Part shown: positions 50,881 to 64,000 of the stretch, one piece after another
Position numbering within the stretch: the stretch's first letter is position 1
Layout of the letters: each line of letters begins with the position of its first letter
Notes under the pieces: model-generated
Told to the model about the DNA's origin: nothing
The model's database searches: none
Seen by the model: only the letters and a program-made list of their open reading frames with translations
Position numbers and translations under genes: made by a program
Source: Felis catus
Taxonomy: Eukaryota
Length of the DNA: 64,000 nucleotides
Direction: 5' to 3'
Assembly (NCBI RefSeq): GCF_018350175.1
Contig: NC_058368.1
Coordinates: 30,382,001 to 30,446,000 of the forward strand

Positions 50881-52019
50881 TCTAGAGAGGTACCAAATAC
50901 TAATTGAACATTGAGCTTTACTAAGTCTTGTGAAGACACTGTGTGGGATACAAAAGCACTGTGGAATATAAACTCTTGTCTTTGAGGAAGTCAAGTCTAT
51001 TGCAGGAAAAATAGAAAACACACAGAGAAGATAATTATACAAAGAAGTATAAGAGCGAAATGAATGACCCAGACCTTGTGATCTGAGGAAGAACTAGAAT
51101 GCAGATCTCTTGCCCTGATAACATTTTTTCCTATCCAAGGTACATTCTCTATTTATTGCTTATTTATGTATTTAATTAATTATTGCTGCCAATTGCTCTG
51201 TGTTTTAGGTAGGTATGATTGGAATTCCAACGATAGGCAAGATCTTTGACCTTATGGATATATACTAAATTGTCAGTAAACAAATTCTGAATTTAATTGA
51301 AGAGGAGAAATCATTTATCCATTAATGATAATATTAATAATTATAATAATGCACACTTGCAACACAATATTCATTAAAATTGTCGGGAGTCTACAGCACA
51401 GAGTGAAAAATAGTCTAAACCATCATAATGAATTATAAGTAACATTATAAACAAACCCAGTGGCCCACTTATGAATCTTTTTAAGGGTATATTTGTGCTT
51501 TTCTGAGATTGTATGTTGAGGAAGTTTGATAATGGATAAGGGAATATTTGGGGAATATTTTGGGAAGATAATGCAACCTGGTGATCAGGAACGCAGGCTA
51601 TGGAGTCAAAACTACCCAGGTCTCATGTTTATCTTTTCCTGGGGAAGTCTAAACTGAAGTTTGTGCATTTGTAAAATTGGGAAAAGAATAGTATGTATTA
51701 TTAGTGTTTATTTGGCATGCAATGTATACAAAGCATAACTTACTATTATATTTTCTTATATAATTTATAAAGATGTTTGCAAATAAAAAAGATAAAGTAG
51801 TTGTGAAGAGAAAAGTGAATGGAACTAGTTAGGTCATTATATATGCTGGCATCATATCATCCACGACTCTTGCACATGAAAAATCATGATTGAAAGTACA
51901 ATTAGAACATTCAAATTCAAAGAACAGGGTCATTACTTTTTAATGACTTTTGAAGTTATTAAAACACAGTATAGGAGGATTATCGCCTTAGTAGGCAGAA
52001 CCTTCTTTTTCATGCATTT

Positions 52020-52545
52020 TATTTATTTCGTATGTATCCATTTATGCATAGTCAGACATATTTATTGATTGCCAGTTTTGACGTAAAACATTCCGAGCAC
52101 TGTCTGCCTTCAGGGATCTTGTAATCAAGCAGATACCTATTGGATAACAGTTCTGATTAATGTGTGAGGAGAAATGCTGAGTTCCAAGAGGAAGTGTATG
52201 AGGGGGGCTTCTGTAGTCTGAACTGAGGGGGTCACCGAAGGCTTCACAGAAGAAGCAGAATATAAGTTGAAAATGAGGAACATTCGTTAGGAGATAGAAA
52301 AGAGTTCTCCAGGAGGAGAGGACAATACATGAAAAGTTCATGGGTGAGAGGAGACTTGGAACCCTGAGGGACTGAAGGCCACACCTGTGACTGGCAGGAA
52401 GTAGCAGGGAGACAGAGGAGACTGGTGGCAGGTGGAGGCAGGGAGAGTCAGACAAGGTCTTATCACCCAAACTATGGTCTTCAGACTTCTTTCCAAGAGC
52501 ACCTAGAAGACACCAAAGGATTTTAAGCAGAAGACTAGACCTCCA
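52020..52545 (-). mobile_element. L2 LINE fragment
   Basis: 'cagacatatttattgattgcc', 'gaaggcttcacagaagaag', 'aaggattttaagcag'. Confidence 0.65.
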
Positions 52546-55457
52546 TCTCAGTTCAGAATTTGCCGAATGAACGGACGACGGCGTTACCTTAGACAAACCC
52601 ACAAATGTCAGTGTCCTCGTGTTTAAAATGGAGGCAAGGATAATGGATCGTGGAGTTCTCCCAGGGAGGAAATGGGAGAATTTGTGAGAGTGTTTGTCAA
52701 CCAAATACGTTGAAAGAGAAAGCAAGGGTGAGACACGGAGACATAGAGGGAGAGAATGAGAATGTGTAAAGCACTGCTGGTAAAATCTGGCACATGGCAT
52801 CAGTATTTAAAACCCTTACATGTGATATGAAGAGATACTGTAGGACTGGTGAGGTCAGAGGTGGGGAAGGAATATAAAAAGTTGTGAATCGTGGGCAAGA
52901 ATACAGGGGTGAACTTATTCCATTTATGGACATTTGAGAAGGGGAAAATCTTTGTGTTACTGCTTCAAAAGATTGTAGATTTCTGAGTCAGGCGATTTTA
53001 GCTACAAAGAGAGAATAAAAGAGGATGTTGAAAGGAGAAATGATGTCATTGTGTGTTTGTCTTTTTGTGTGGAACAGATACCTTTTAATGCGCAAACCGG
53101 AATGTCTGCACAGAGTCACTAGGACTTGTCTGCTGAAGGACCCCGCTCAGAAAAAGTTCTTTGTACAACATCTATTTTGTGTCTAGATTTTAAATCAGAA
53201 ACTCACAGGACTATAAAGAAGGGCAATAAAAATATATTTACTCTGGGTCTCTGACCTGCGGTAAAGACATTACCTAATTGTTTTGGTCAGATGGGTCTCC
53301 TTTGTCCAGTTATAAAAAAATCTCCTGAGCAAGCCCTGTTTTATTGAAGGAATTTTCAAGATGAACTGCCGAGTCAGAAGAGAGAACTAAGCCAAAGTTT
53401 AGAGTAATTAAGGACGTAGTCCCTGCTCTGCAGAAGCAAGAAAGACCCCAAGAGGACAACGTCAAAGGTCATGCTGACACGTGGACTTGTCCTGAAAAGA
53501 CCGAAATGGGTTTGACTGGAATAATCCTAGATGTATTTATGGAGCACCCATTAGGCGACTGGCACTCTTCCAAATAAACCTTCTGGGTGGTGGAAGACTG
53601 GTCGTTTTCTGCAGAGAGAGAAATTGATTTCCTACCTAGGATCAACTTTATGGGGAGCAAGCTATTTGTTTTATTTATGGCTTGAACTCAGCTCCCTGCT
53701 GTAATAATTCAAATTCTGTAGGTACAGACCTCCTTCTTATTTGGATATTGACTGGAAAGGGAGCCAGTTTAGAGTTGGCCCTGCAGCTACTGGCAGGAGG
53801 TTTAGATTTATGCTAATGAATGGGGCTGAGGCTTTCAAGGATTTGCTTTCATTACTAAATCCTCAGGGCGGTACTTGCCAAGACTCTTGGTTGGGCTTCA
53901 TAATAAGAGTGGAAGTCTATATCTTCATGCTGACGGCTATTTATTAGGATCAAAACAAAACTAAATAAAAAAATCTAATGGAAAAGTTTGCTTTCTTAAT
54001 ATAAAATTCTGTATCAGAGTAAACAGAAAGTAAAGAAGGAATGTCCAGGAAATTCAGGAAACGTATGCATGGAAAGGCGAGACCATGATCTTACCTTGGG
54101 AGTCAGAAGTTCCAGATTCACCTCAACTGAATTGGAAACGTTGCAAATGTTCTAATTAGTAGCAATCGAGTTATACAGTCTAAGTAGCCGGATTTCAGGA
54201 AGCACAATCTCAAAGAGTTTTGATATTTTTCTGAAGTAAGAAACTTACTTGAGCCTTCACCTTAATCATTCTTGGAGATTACATGTTCTCTTTACTGACA
54301 GCAGGAAGCCAAAGACCTTTGTACAAATCAATTCTCAATGGGGACAGGCACACTGCTGAACTACAATAAGGTTATGGACAAATCCACTTGGAAATAAATC
54401 ATAGAGGAATTCGAGAGAAACTACAGAACCAGATATGATATGATTGGCATGTCACATGAACCATAAAGTCCTTCAGAAATGTAAATATTAGTATCATTGG
54501 GGTGAAAAACAAGTATTTCTTTTTTAAGACATACTGTTGATTCTGAAATTTTTTTTTGAGTGAGTTGAGAATTATATAAACAAGGGCAAAGCTTTCTCAC
54601 TATGGCCATTAATTGCTATGAAAATTCTGTTCTTTTTTTCCTGCCTAGGTAACCTTATTCAGCTTGAGTTGAATCCCTTCCCTTCCCTATTGAGTTATAT
54701 AATCATAACCTATACCTTGAAATTTGTTTGCACATTTATAAAAATATAATCCATATGCATTTTACAGCCTTCTGTAATGAGTTGGATGTTAATGCATTTA
54801 ACTCATTTTTATTTTTCTTGTGAGTTCTTAAGAAGAACTGTTATATCATATTTTCTTCTAATTCTGTCCTTTATAAATTTACACGCAATTCAAAAATGGG
54901 CCACATCAAAAGTATTCTTCTATTGTAAATCATTCTTTTTCGTAACTCTATGCATCATCCTTGAATTTTGAATGAACTATCTCATCAAATTTATGGAGTC
55001 GTAGACTATTTAATTTTCTCACCGACTTTGAGTTGACCATAAACTTCAACAACCTGTTGAAGGCAACAGAAGCCCTTCTGTATCTGAAAGTTGAACTCAG
55101 AGTTCTGTCTGTTTGACTAAACATGTGTTGAAACACTTCTTAAAAGCCAGCAGATCCATAGAAAACTATAGTAGTGGTTTACCCAGTAAGCATTTATTGT
55201 CTACTGCATTTACTGCTCACAGAAAGACTGAAGAAAGAGTCATCACAAACATTTCTTTTTAAGTACTTGAGTTTGAATTTCTGTGTTAAAAGTAGTGAGG
55301 GAAGAGAATGCCTTGGGATTTTACCAAATTGATAGGAAATGACACAAAAACCCAGCTCCTAAGAGGGTAGATGCATAGTGGAATTATTTTATAGCTATAC
55401 GTAGATTATGAGCAAATACTCTCAGATTTTTCATAATTTTTGGTTAATGTGGTGTAA

Positions 55458-55674
55458 CACTGGTCAGCAAACATTTTCTTAAAAGGTCTAGATAGTAAAT
55501 ATTTTAGGCTTTGCAGGTTATATGGTGTCTGTCACATCTCACGTCTGCCCAGTAGCAGAAAAACGGCCACAGACAATGTGTAAATGAATGAGCTTGGCTG
55601 TATTCCAGAAAAAACTATTTATGAAAACAGGGATTGCACAAATGTGGCCCATGAGCAGTAGTTTGTTGACCCCT
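55458..55674. mobile_element. MER58A-like hAT MITE
   Basis: 'ggtcagcaaacattttct...gatagtaaatattttaggctttgcagg' and end 'gtagtttgttgacccct'. Confidence 0.85.
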
Positions 55675-55743
55675 TTGGTATAATATGTTTTGAGACCTAT
55701 AATATGTTCTAAGAATTATAATACGTTCTTAGAACTAAAATAA

Positions 55744-55923
55744 GGGGCGGGGCTGGGTGGCTCTATTGGTTAAGTGTCTGACTCTTGATTTTGGCTCAGG
55801 TATGGTCTCATGGTTCATGAGATCGAGCCCCAAATTAGGCTCTGCCCTAACAGCATGGAGCCTGCTTGGGGTTCTTCCTCCCCATCGCTCTCTGGCCCTC
55901 CCCTGCACGCACGGGTGCGCGCG

Positions 55924-55966
<43 letters not shown>

Positions 55967-56012
55967 TCTCTCTTTTTCTCTCTATCTCAAAGTAAATAAG
56001 TAAACTTAAAAT
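55744..56012 (+). mobile_element. Can-SINE with an internal (GC)/(CA)n expansion
   Basis: SINEC head and body; 'gtgcgcgcgcatacacacaca...'; A-rich tail. Confidence 0.93.
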
Positions 56013-56767
56013 TGAAAACAATGAGACATTGCTCTTGAATATTTTCTGCTGAATCAAGTTTACCAAACATACAGATTAGCCATTAATAAGTGGTTAGAGT
56101 ATTGCTTTTGCCACAATTTACTTCTTACCTATTTGCAATGTAATAATAAATCTGCAGGACCCAGAACAATATATTGACATAGAAGTGTGTCACAGGAAGA
56201 AAATGCTCATTTAAGTTGCTGTGCAAGGTTTTGCTCAAATGTGTTATTTCTCTGCAAAATTTGTTTTTCATATTTTTATTATGGCATTTACCATAATGTC
56301 TTATAACTTCTAATTTGTCTGTCTTTAGAATACAGGTTCCTCAAGGGCAAGTTCTACATATGCTTGTCTTTGTATCACTAGACTCTTGAACAATGTTTTC
56401 CCTACTCACCACTTTTTAAATGAATGATCACATAACTCATAGACCACCCTGACGGGCCTATGATTTTTTCCAGGCACTGTAAGATAAGGGGCATTTTGTC
56501 TCCCCGTCTTTCTTCTCTGAGTTCTAAAACAGCGACTGAAATTATTGGCTGGAATTCATCCAGTATGAGTAAATTACTTTAACAATAATTTAAAAGATGA
56601 TCTAACTTAGAACATCATGAAAAGTTGACTGACAATGACCCTCATCATACAGAAATGACAAATGAATGCGGTGCATTCAATGTTTAACCTAAACAAGAAT
56701 GTATGCAGCAAAGTACAGCAAACATATTGCACGGTTTTATACCAGTTACCGACCTTTCTTCACTAGG

Positions 56768-57201
56768 TGTAGTGGACACAGTTATTACTCTACCGCGACC
56801 CCCTCGGATTGCTTCTATTATTTGAGGCCCTTCCCTAAATTCTGTATACTTCACCTTCTAATAAGTCACGCTGGTGGTACAGAACCCTCCCTTGCAGAGG
56901 GTTGGAAATGCCTGGGAACACCCCCTTGGTGTGGACTCTGGCAAATGACTGGTCTTGCAGCATGAAGCCCAACGGTTTTGCCCTAAGATGAGACAGGCTC
57001 TAAGGCAAAATTTATACCCCAGAGCCCTCTTAAGTGATGCTGAGGCCGGGACTTTGCCTAAAACCACAACCTTGTTTGGCTTGTTGCCCTTCACTCTCCT
57101 GCTTCCCCTACTCCTTTCCTGTCTCTCCACGGCACCTTGTCTTCGTAAATCACTTGCACACAAGCCCTCATCTCGGAGACTGTTCTGGGAACCGCTAAGA
57201 A
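56768..57201 (+). mobile_element. ERVL solo LTR (LTR16-like)
   Basis: 3' end 'taaatcacttgcacacaagccctcatctcggagactgttctgggaaccgctaaga'. Confidence 0.65.
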
Positions 57202-57791
57202 ATGAGTGAATATTCAACTAGAGAAGTGTTGCTGCCTGGTCTCTCTTCCTTTTCCTTCTTCTCCTCCTCCTTTTGCATCTTCCTCCTTTTGGCTTTCTGT
57301 CTGCTCACACTGATGCTGCATCCTTCACTGATATTTTCTGGGCCACACACCATTCATGACCTATGCCATTTTGAATGGAAGTGGTTTTTCAGCACCTTAG
57401 CAGCGGGAATGGTTTCGCTGCAGCTGTTTCTCTGGCAGGAAGAGTGTAACTTCTGTGTGGAGTTCAACCTGAAAAGTGCTTCCCTACTGGGTAGGAGCCA
57501 TGGATTGTATAACGCTCCCTGTTTCACAGATCTGCTCTGGCTGAGAAGCATCTCTAGTTTTGAAATTTTTTTCTCTAAGTATATGTTTCTATGAAGGTAT
57601 AACACACACACGGAAAAATGCACCTATCGCAACAAATAGCAGATCAATGAACGTAACAAAGTAAAGAGACCAGTGTAACTACTACCAGATCAAGACATAG
57701 AAGACTACCCACACCCTAGAAGTCAGCATCCTACTGTCCCTGGCTATTGGATGCCCTTAAAGGTAACCACTATTCTGACTGCCATCAATAG

Positions 57792-58463
57792 TGTATAGTG
57801 AGGAATTAATCTTACCCAAAGAGAGATCTGGACTTTGTCCTTAGCTATTGGGGGGGTGAGCTCCAGGCCCTGAGTGGGTGGCCCAAGAGCAATGTCTTTG
57901 TTTGCCTGGGAGGTTTGGCCACTAGAAAGTCCAACTGTGTGACTCATGATGGAGGCTTTGAGACTTGCCATTTCATATCTGATCGCTGGCGGAACTAGAA
58001 ACTAAAGATATTAGTCCAAACCTGCTTCAGGGGCTGAGACTCAAAGTCAACCAGGCAGGCAGTATGCAATCATGCCCCATGAATAACTCCGGTTACAAAA
58101 GTCTCCAGGGAGCTTTCTTAGCTGACTGTACTTCAGGTATATTGAGACACATTGATTCCGGAAGTGAAAGAGCCCCTGTGAATAAGGAAGCTTCACAATT
58201 GGAAGCCTCTCAAATTCCTCTCTATGCTTCTCTTCCTATGCTGGGTCCAATTTCTTTCCTTTCACTATAATAAAACTATAATCATAAGTATAGTGCTTTC
58301 TGCGTTCCATGAGCCTTTCTAGCAAATTATACAACTGAAGGTAGTTGGTTGGAGACCTCTGAATTTGCTGCCAACTGGTCTGAACTTGTGGCTGATGCTT
58401 GAAGGGAAGGCAGTCTTGTGAGGACTGTGCCCTTTCCCTGTGCAATTTGCCTAACTCATTACA
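57792..58463 (+). mobile_element. ERVL-type solo LTR (MER21/MER77-like)
   Basis: TG...CA ends; shares 'aaaactataatcataag(t/c)atag' and '(c/t)agtcttgtg' with the LTR at 39181. Confidence 0.7.
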
Positions 58464-58639
58464 ACTGTAGATATGTGTGGATTGACTTTTGAACTTTGTG
58501 TAAGTGGCATCATACAGCTTGCACACTTCTCTTTCCTGGCTTTAAAAAAATAGCATTCTGAGTCTGTGTTACACGTAGCAGTGATTTGTTGTGTATTTTA
58601 TATAGTAATTCCATGCCGTGAATGTACTTTATTTAACAA

Positions 58640-58915
58640 ACTATTTGCGTATTATTGACACATAATGTTACATTAGCTTCAGGCGTACCACACAGTGATT
58701 CAACTCCTCTATCTGTTATGCTATGCTCACCACACATATAACTACCATCTGTCATCCTACAATGCTGTTACAATATCGTTAACTATATTCCCTGTGCTGC
58801 ACCTTTGATTTCTGTGACTTCCTCATTCCATAAGTAGAAGCCTGTATTTCCCACTCTCCTGCAACCCATTTCACCCATCCACCAACCCCCTCCCCTCTGG
58901 CAACCATCAGTTTCA
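58640..58915 (-). mobile_element. Carnivore-age L1 3'UTR fragment
   Basis: Reverse complement resembles the 3'UTR at 34420-34690 ('actatattccctgtgctg', 'cccctctggcaaccatcagttt'). Confidence 0.85.
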
Positions 58916-60183
58916 CTCAACTTAAAACTGCATGAAAGAGGAAACAGCCATTTGCTCAAGTGTAGCAATACAAAGAAAATGTGCACAGGGAAGGCAATGA
59001 AATGGTGTGTTGCCTGGGAAAGGTGTGATGGCAGCACACATAACTCCAAAAAGTGGACATTTCCTTGGAATTCTTCCATGGAGAATTGGATGGCCTGCAA
59101 GAAAAATCTCATCAGTGTTCTGTAACGGACCAAATGTGAGGATGCTAGTTATAGAGATTCTCAAGCTCACAGGAAGTTGACGGTGAAGCCCTCTGGAGCT
59201 GGTTTTTTTTTTTGGGGGGGGTAAGAAAATGTAATAATGCACATTCAAATTCTTTAATAGCTATAGGATTATATATTTTTTCTATTTTCTCTTGTCTTTA
59301 TTTAGAAAGTTTTAGCCACTTAGTCTGGTGACATTCCTTTTCATTATTATGATTGATTAATTTTTGGAACCAGGGAACAAAATTTTTAGAAGGTCTAGAT
59401 GCTATTTTTCTCCACAGAGTATTTACTTTCTATTAAAATCAAATGACTATCCGAATAGGGGCAGGCCACCATCTTCCAATCAGGGATCTCAATAATTTGA
59501 GGCGGGGTTTCAGCCTTTGTGAGCACTATTTCCGATTTACCTTTTTTTCTGGGTCTAGACTGCCCTGCTTCTAACTGGAAACCTGGAGTGGTTTGATGAT
59601 TAATGGTGGTTCTGCTCCCCAATTTCCATCTCGCTACCATGAGGAGAGTACTGAAAAGGCTGTAGGTTAGCTTTTTAGCCTGCTAGCTGACCCTATCTAC
59701 TTGGCTTCATGGCCCCTCATCACTACCGCTTGGGAATTTGCAAATTGCATGGGGGAAAAAGAGAGATGTCCTCAGGAGGCAATCTTTTCTCTCAGGTCTT
59801 GGCTCTTCCACTCCTGGTTGTTTTAGGAACTCTGAACTTCCATTGGTTATCTCCCTAACCCCAAAGAAAGGCTGAAATTCTGAGACATTGCCTTCTGCTT
59901 AGAAGCCCTGTCTCTACTACTGAGAAATCAGCATCAAGGAGGAAAGTGGCTGAGAATTTGGGTTCACCTCAATGCATTTTCCTTCCTTTTGGGATCTCAG
60001 TGTATTTTTTCTTGTCTGCCTATCTGCTCACTGATGCCCTTAAGAGGGCTGTTTGGTTTGTTTCATATTTTATTGAGCTTATAGTTGTTCTGGCAGAAGA
60101 ATTAATTGGATACAATCTATCCTGCCATTGTTAGAAGTGGAAGTCCTGTCCTTTTAGGTTTTCCTGTTTAAGTATGTCATCTA

Positions 60184-60337
60184 CAGTAAAATCTTGGATT
60201 GCGAGTAGCTTGTTCTGTGAATGTTCTGCAAGACGAGCAAACATTTCTAATACATTTTAACTTGATGAACGAGGGATGTCTTGCAATACGAGTAATATGT
60301 GACGTCAAATGTCACATGATCACAACCGAGCCAATGG

Positions 60338-60374
<37 letters not shown>

Positions 60375-61429
60375 GATTGTGTGTGATTATCTCCCATGCT
60401 CTGATGCTTGGTCTCAGGCCACGGGGTTTGGCAGAAATCAGTGATTTTTCAGAATGTTGGAAGGTGCCCACAACTGACACTAGTGTATTTTTTTGTCAGT
60501 TGAAAGCACCTATGGAGAGTCCTTTGCTTTTCCATTCAAGAGTAAGTTTAGGAACGCTCTTCTTCATTCTAAGTCAAGCTGCCTGCAGATATAGACCCTT
60601 TCCTCTGCTGCCTTATTGCCAGTTACATTCAATACAGTATATGACAAGAGTTTATTAATACTGTACTGTAGTCAACATCCGTGCAAGTGTGTACAATGGA
60701 CCCCATGCAGGAAAAGGCTGAAAACAAAGGTGGTATGAAGGAGGAGATGATTACGGTAGAAGTGAAGAAGGAAATCTTTGAGAAGTACGAACGAGGTATG
60801 CAAGTGGCCAACATTGAAAGATTTTATAAGAAGTCTATGTCTGAATCTTGTCTGCAGGGGAGGAGGAGAAAAAGGCAGAGGAATCCTTCACTTCAAATGA
60901 GATTAGGGAGATGTGTAAAATGTGGGAAACAGTGCAAAATTTTGTAGAAAAGCACCACCCAAATGAGGCTCTAGCAGTGCAAGCGATGTATCTGTTTAAT
61001 GACAATGCAGTGTCACATTTCTGTGAAATCCTCAAAAGGAGGCAAAAGCAAGTGTCATTGGATAGGTTCCTTGTTCAAGGTGCACAAAAAGAAAAAGATT
61101 CCATTGAGCCAATAGATAGCAGTGATTCCATTAGTGATAGTGAAAGTTATCCTACACAATAACCCTCCTCTCTCTTGTCTCCCTCACACCGGCCACGAGG
61201 GTTTTCAAGTGTAAGTGCATGTTAATTTACTTTTCTTTAAATTTGTATTTTCTTTATTATTTTGTATTATATGACAGTAGTGTAATCATTTTTATATTAA
61301 TATTTTGGGGGTGTGGAACTAATCATTTGAGTTTCCATTATTATGGGGAAATTCACTTTGATATAATAGTGCTTTGAATTACAAGCATGTTTCTGAAATG
61401 AATTATGCTTGTAAACCAAGGTTTCACTG
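60184..61429 (+). mobile_element. Internally deleted TcMar-Tigger (pogo-like) DNA transposon
   Basis: TA|CAGTAAAATCTTGGATTGCGAG ... CTTGTAAACCAAGGTTTCACTG|TA imperfect TIRs with TA TSD; transposase remnants inside. Confidence 0.9.
60696..61162 (+). pseudogene. Tigger transposase remnants: N-terminal HTH and C-terminal tail, DDE domain deleted
   Basis: 'MITVEVKKEIFEKYERGMQVANIERFY' (CENP-B/psq-type HTH) and, in another frame, 'ILKRRQKQVSLDRFL' (typical pogo/Tigger C-terminus). Confidence 0.8.
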
Positions 61430-61618
61430 TATTTTGAAATGCAAACTATATTCCATTTCAAAAGTGAGTTACTCAACATGGTGCTTGGCTTTTTTGGCCT
61501 CTGTTCTTCAAACCACACTATCCCCAGCTGAGAATCTTCAATATCTCAGTTCTCCAAAGTAGATGAGAAATACCTCCATTTTATTAAATATGGTGACACT
61601 TCTTTGCTTTAATAGTCC

Positions 61619-61622
<4 letters not shown>

Positions 61623-61663
<41 letters not shown>

Positions 61664-61678
61664 AGTGTGTGTGTGTGT
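61623..61678. repeat. (TG)n microsatellite
   Basis: Directly visible. Confidence 0.95.
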
Positions 61679-62029
61679 TTGTATGTGTGTGTATGTATCC
61701 TTTCTTATGTTTTTGGTTAGTATGGAAGCTTTTTTTTAGGGTTAAGATGTAAACTATATAATTGACCTAAGAGTAAGTGTAATTTTTCACTGAAACTTTT
61801 CGTGAGTCCTAACCAGCTACCTTAAATGTACTTACATTTGTCCTTGTAATTTGTATACACATGTTGAACCAGTGTTTATCCTTTTCAACTCCTGGTTTAC
61901 CTCTATTTGAAATATTGATTGTAATTCAGCCTTTACATGAAAATTTTACTCTCTAGGCATAGGTTTTGCTTTGATTTGTTATTTTCAGTATTATTATTAT
62001 GTTCTTGATTAGATAATGTAAGTATAAGG

Positions 62030-62328
62030 TAAAAAAAAATTTAAAAGTTATATAAAGTAAAGGGTAACTCCTTCTGTCATTATTGTTCTACCAATCTCTG
62101 TTTCTCACCCAGGAAACAATCACTCTTACTTGTGTTTAATGCATTCTTCCAGAAAATACAACATTTGTACCATTTAAAAAAAAATAATACATACAAATTT
62201 TGGTAGGCATACACATTGTTCATTTGCTTGCTTTTGTTTTTCACTTAACAATGTATCTTGGAGCAAGTTCCATATTGGTACTTAGTTATGTTACCTTGTT
62301 CATTTTAATTACTGCATGACATCACACA

Positions 62329-62364
<36 letters not shown>

Positions 62365-62550
62365 TGTGTGTGTGTCTGTGTATACTGGATTTATTTAATA
62401 GCTTTTTATTGAGTGTTTAAATTCTTCCTAATTTGTTATTATAAAATGCTACAAGAGATATTCTTGAATGTGCATTTTTTGCAATCACATTAAAGAATAT
62501 CTGTAAAATTAATTCCTATAGGTTAAACTGTTGGGTCAAATGTTATGTGT
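62030..62550 (-). mobile_element. Old L1M 3' fragment with an internal (CA)(TG)n
   Basis: 'ttttcacttaacaatgtatcttggag' and 'attgagtgtttaaattcttcctaatttgttattataaaatgct'. Confidence 0.7.
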
Positions 62551-63884
62551 GTTTGTTTATCCTATTTTTATGGAGTCTTTAGTTTCTCAGAATTGAATTA
62601 CTTGATAAATTTGCTTAAATTCTGAACATGATGAAACTTATCTCAAATTTCATTCACAAGGCTTGTGATCAGGAACTCTGTTTTACTGAGGCTTATTTAA
62701 AAATATAACCTACTATTTTGTTGTTGTTGTTCAGCCTTTCAAAACAATGAGAAAAATGGTTGCAGAAAAAAGGAAATGTATTGCATTTATTTTGTTCTTG
62801 TCTTTTTAAAGAAAATTATCTTACATTTCAGTATATTTAAAGGTGAAATTAATTGTGTGGGTTGATCATATCCAACAAGGCAACCTTGTTATCTTCTACC
62901 TTATTCTCCTGCCCCCCATATTTTCCAAACTTAGTTCCATATAACTGAGACTATTCAATTTTGATCCAAATAAAATTTTATTACGGACAAATTGGAAAAA
63001 AAATTACTTAGTGACTGGAACCATGGCTGAAGAGAAAATGGCACAGTGGATCTGTATACCTCACCAAAAATTGGGGACGATTTATTTCCAACTCTGTGGT
63101 AGACAGAAATCCAATCAAGAAATGTACCCTTGTTTAGAACCCTGTGATAGACTTTTAACTTTCAATTGCACAAGAGCCTGTAGACAAATGACCGACTGTC
63201 TTTTTTTATGGTGCTAAAATGCTGTGGTCCTCTAGCAAGTAGAATGTTACCCCAGGGAAAAGAGCAAGAAGGGAGTTGGGTACGTGCTACCCACCCAGCT
63301 TTTCATGCTGTAATTCCTCTATCATGGCAAGTTCGTATCTCCTCACTTGAATAATAATGACAGTCATCATGTGTCTATGTGCTGTCAGTCACACAGTGAC
63401 TTTCCTGATTATATTCATGTGTATTTTCTTCTGAATTTTCATTCATGCAACAAACAATGCAGTGTTCCTTATGTGGCGATTCTTGGCCACATTCTCTGCC
63501 TGCTGATGTGCCTGTGGTATGATGGCAAAGAGGAAAAACAGTTCCTGCCCTCAGAAAGGTTCTAAAGGAAGTCAGAGAGTTAAACAAAGAAATGTAATAC
63601 CATATGATAAGAGGTATGACTGAAGCATTTAAGTGTACTCTAGGAATATGTAAGAGCTTCCAGGGTTAAGTGGAGGAGATTACCCAGAGGAACAGAGGGG
63701 AAATCTAATCAGTAAAATAAAAAACTGGATAAAGAGAATATTTGAGGAATTCTGACACTATCCCTCCCTGCCTTAACGGCATGCAAAGGCCTACAGACCT
63801 TGAAATGTTTAAGGATCTGCTATATTTTATTTCTTTTCACAGTTTCATGAGCCCATTTTACCAATTATCAGATATCCTGGACTG

Positions 63885-64000
63885 ATTGAAAAACAGTTAC
63901 AATTCTTCACCCTTCTCAGTATGAATGCTCTTTGCAATTTGGCTTTGAAGTTCTTCCCATCAAGAGATGGAATACTTCTCTCCACTTCCTGAATCGGGGC
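63885..64000 (+). mobile_element. Start of a MaLR LTR (MLT1E/F/G-like), cut by the window end
   Basis: 'ttcttcccatcaagagatggaatacttctctccacttcctgaatcgggg'. Confidence 0.6.

Larger units (their letters stand above)
57560..60150 (-). mobile_element. Fragmented old L1M hosting nested insertions
   Basis: 3'UTR-like 'gtaactactaccagatcaagacatagaa', ORF2-like 'gtgaagccctctggagctggtttt', 5'-end-like 'ccattgttagaagtggaagtcc'. Confidence 0.55.

Noticed and set aside
52042..52800. 252-aa minus-strand ORF
   Set aside because: Overlaps L2 and MIR relics; Leu/Ser-rich composition typical of spurious frames
1..64000. Prokaryote-type systems (CRISPR arrays, operons, defence islands) and known miRNA/snRNA genes
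   Set aside because: The sequence is mammalian. I saw no repeat-spacer array and recognised no mature miRNA or snRNA sequence by eye; an Rfam/miRBase search is needed to exclude them formally.

Overview
This window is eukaryotic, mammalian non-coding DNA. It is almost certainly from a cat-family (Felidae) genome, judging by many tRNA-derived Can-SINEs of the SINEC_Fc type and a young L1_Fc-type LINE. It is dominated by interspersed repeats of different ages: ~16 Can-SINEs, carnivore and older L1 fragments, L2 and MIR relics, MaLR/ERVL solo LTRs (MLT1-, MER21- and LTR16-like), hAT MITEs (MER5, MER20, MER58) and one internally deleted Tigger/pogo element. The only recognisable protein-coding sequences are transposon-derived: an L1 ORF2p C-terminus (35135-35941) and Tigger transposase N- and C-terminal pieces (60681-61162). 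I could not identify a host gene, and I found no convincing new biological system. The most notable items are a twin-primed L1 with an apparent 3' transduction, several well-formed orphan exon candidates on both strands, a ~500 bp nested-palindrome microsatellite, a CpG-retaining unique island at ~47.1-48.3 kb and some enhancer-like unique blocks. Repeat family names come from my recall of consensus sequences, not from a database search. Boundaries of old repeats are approximate.
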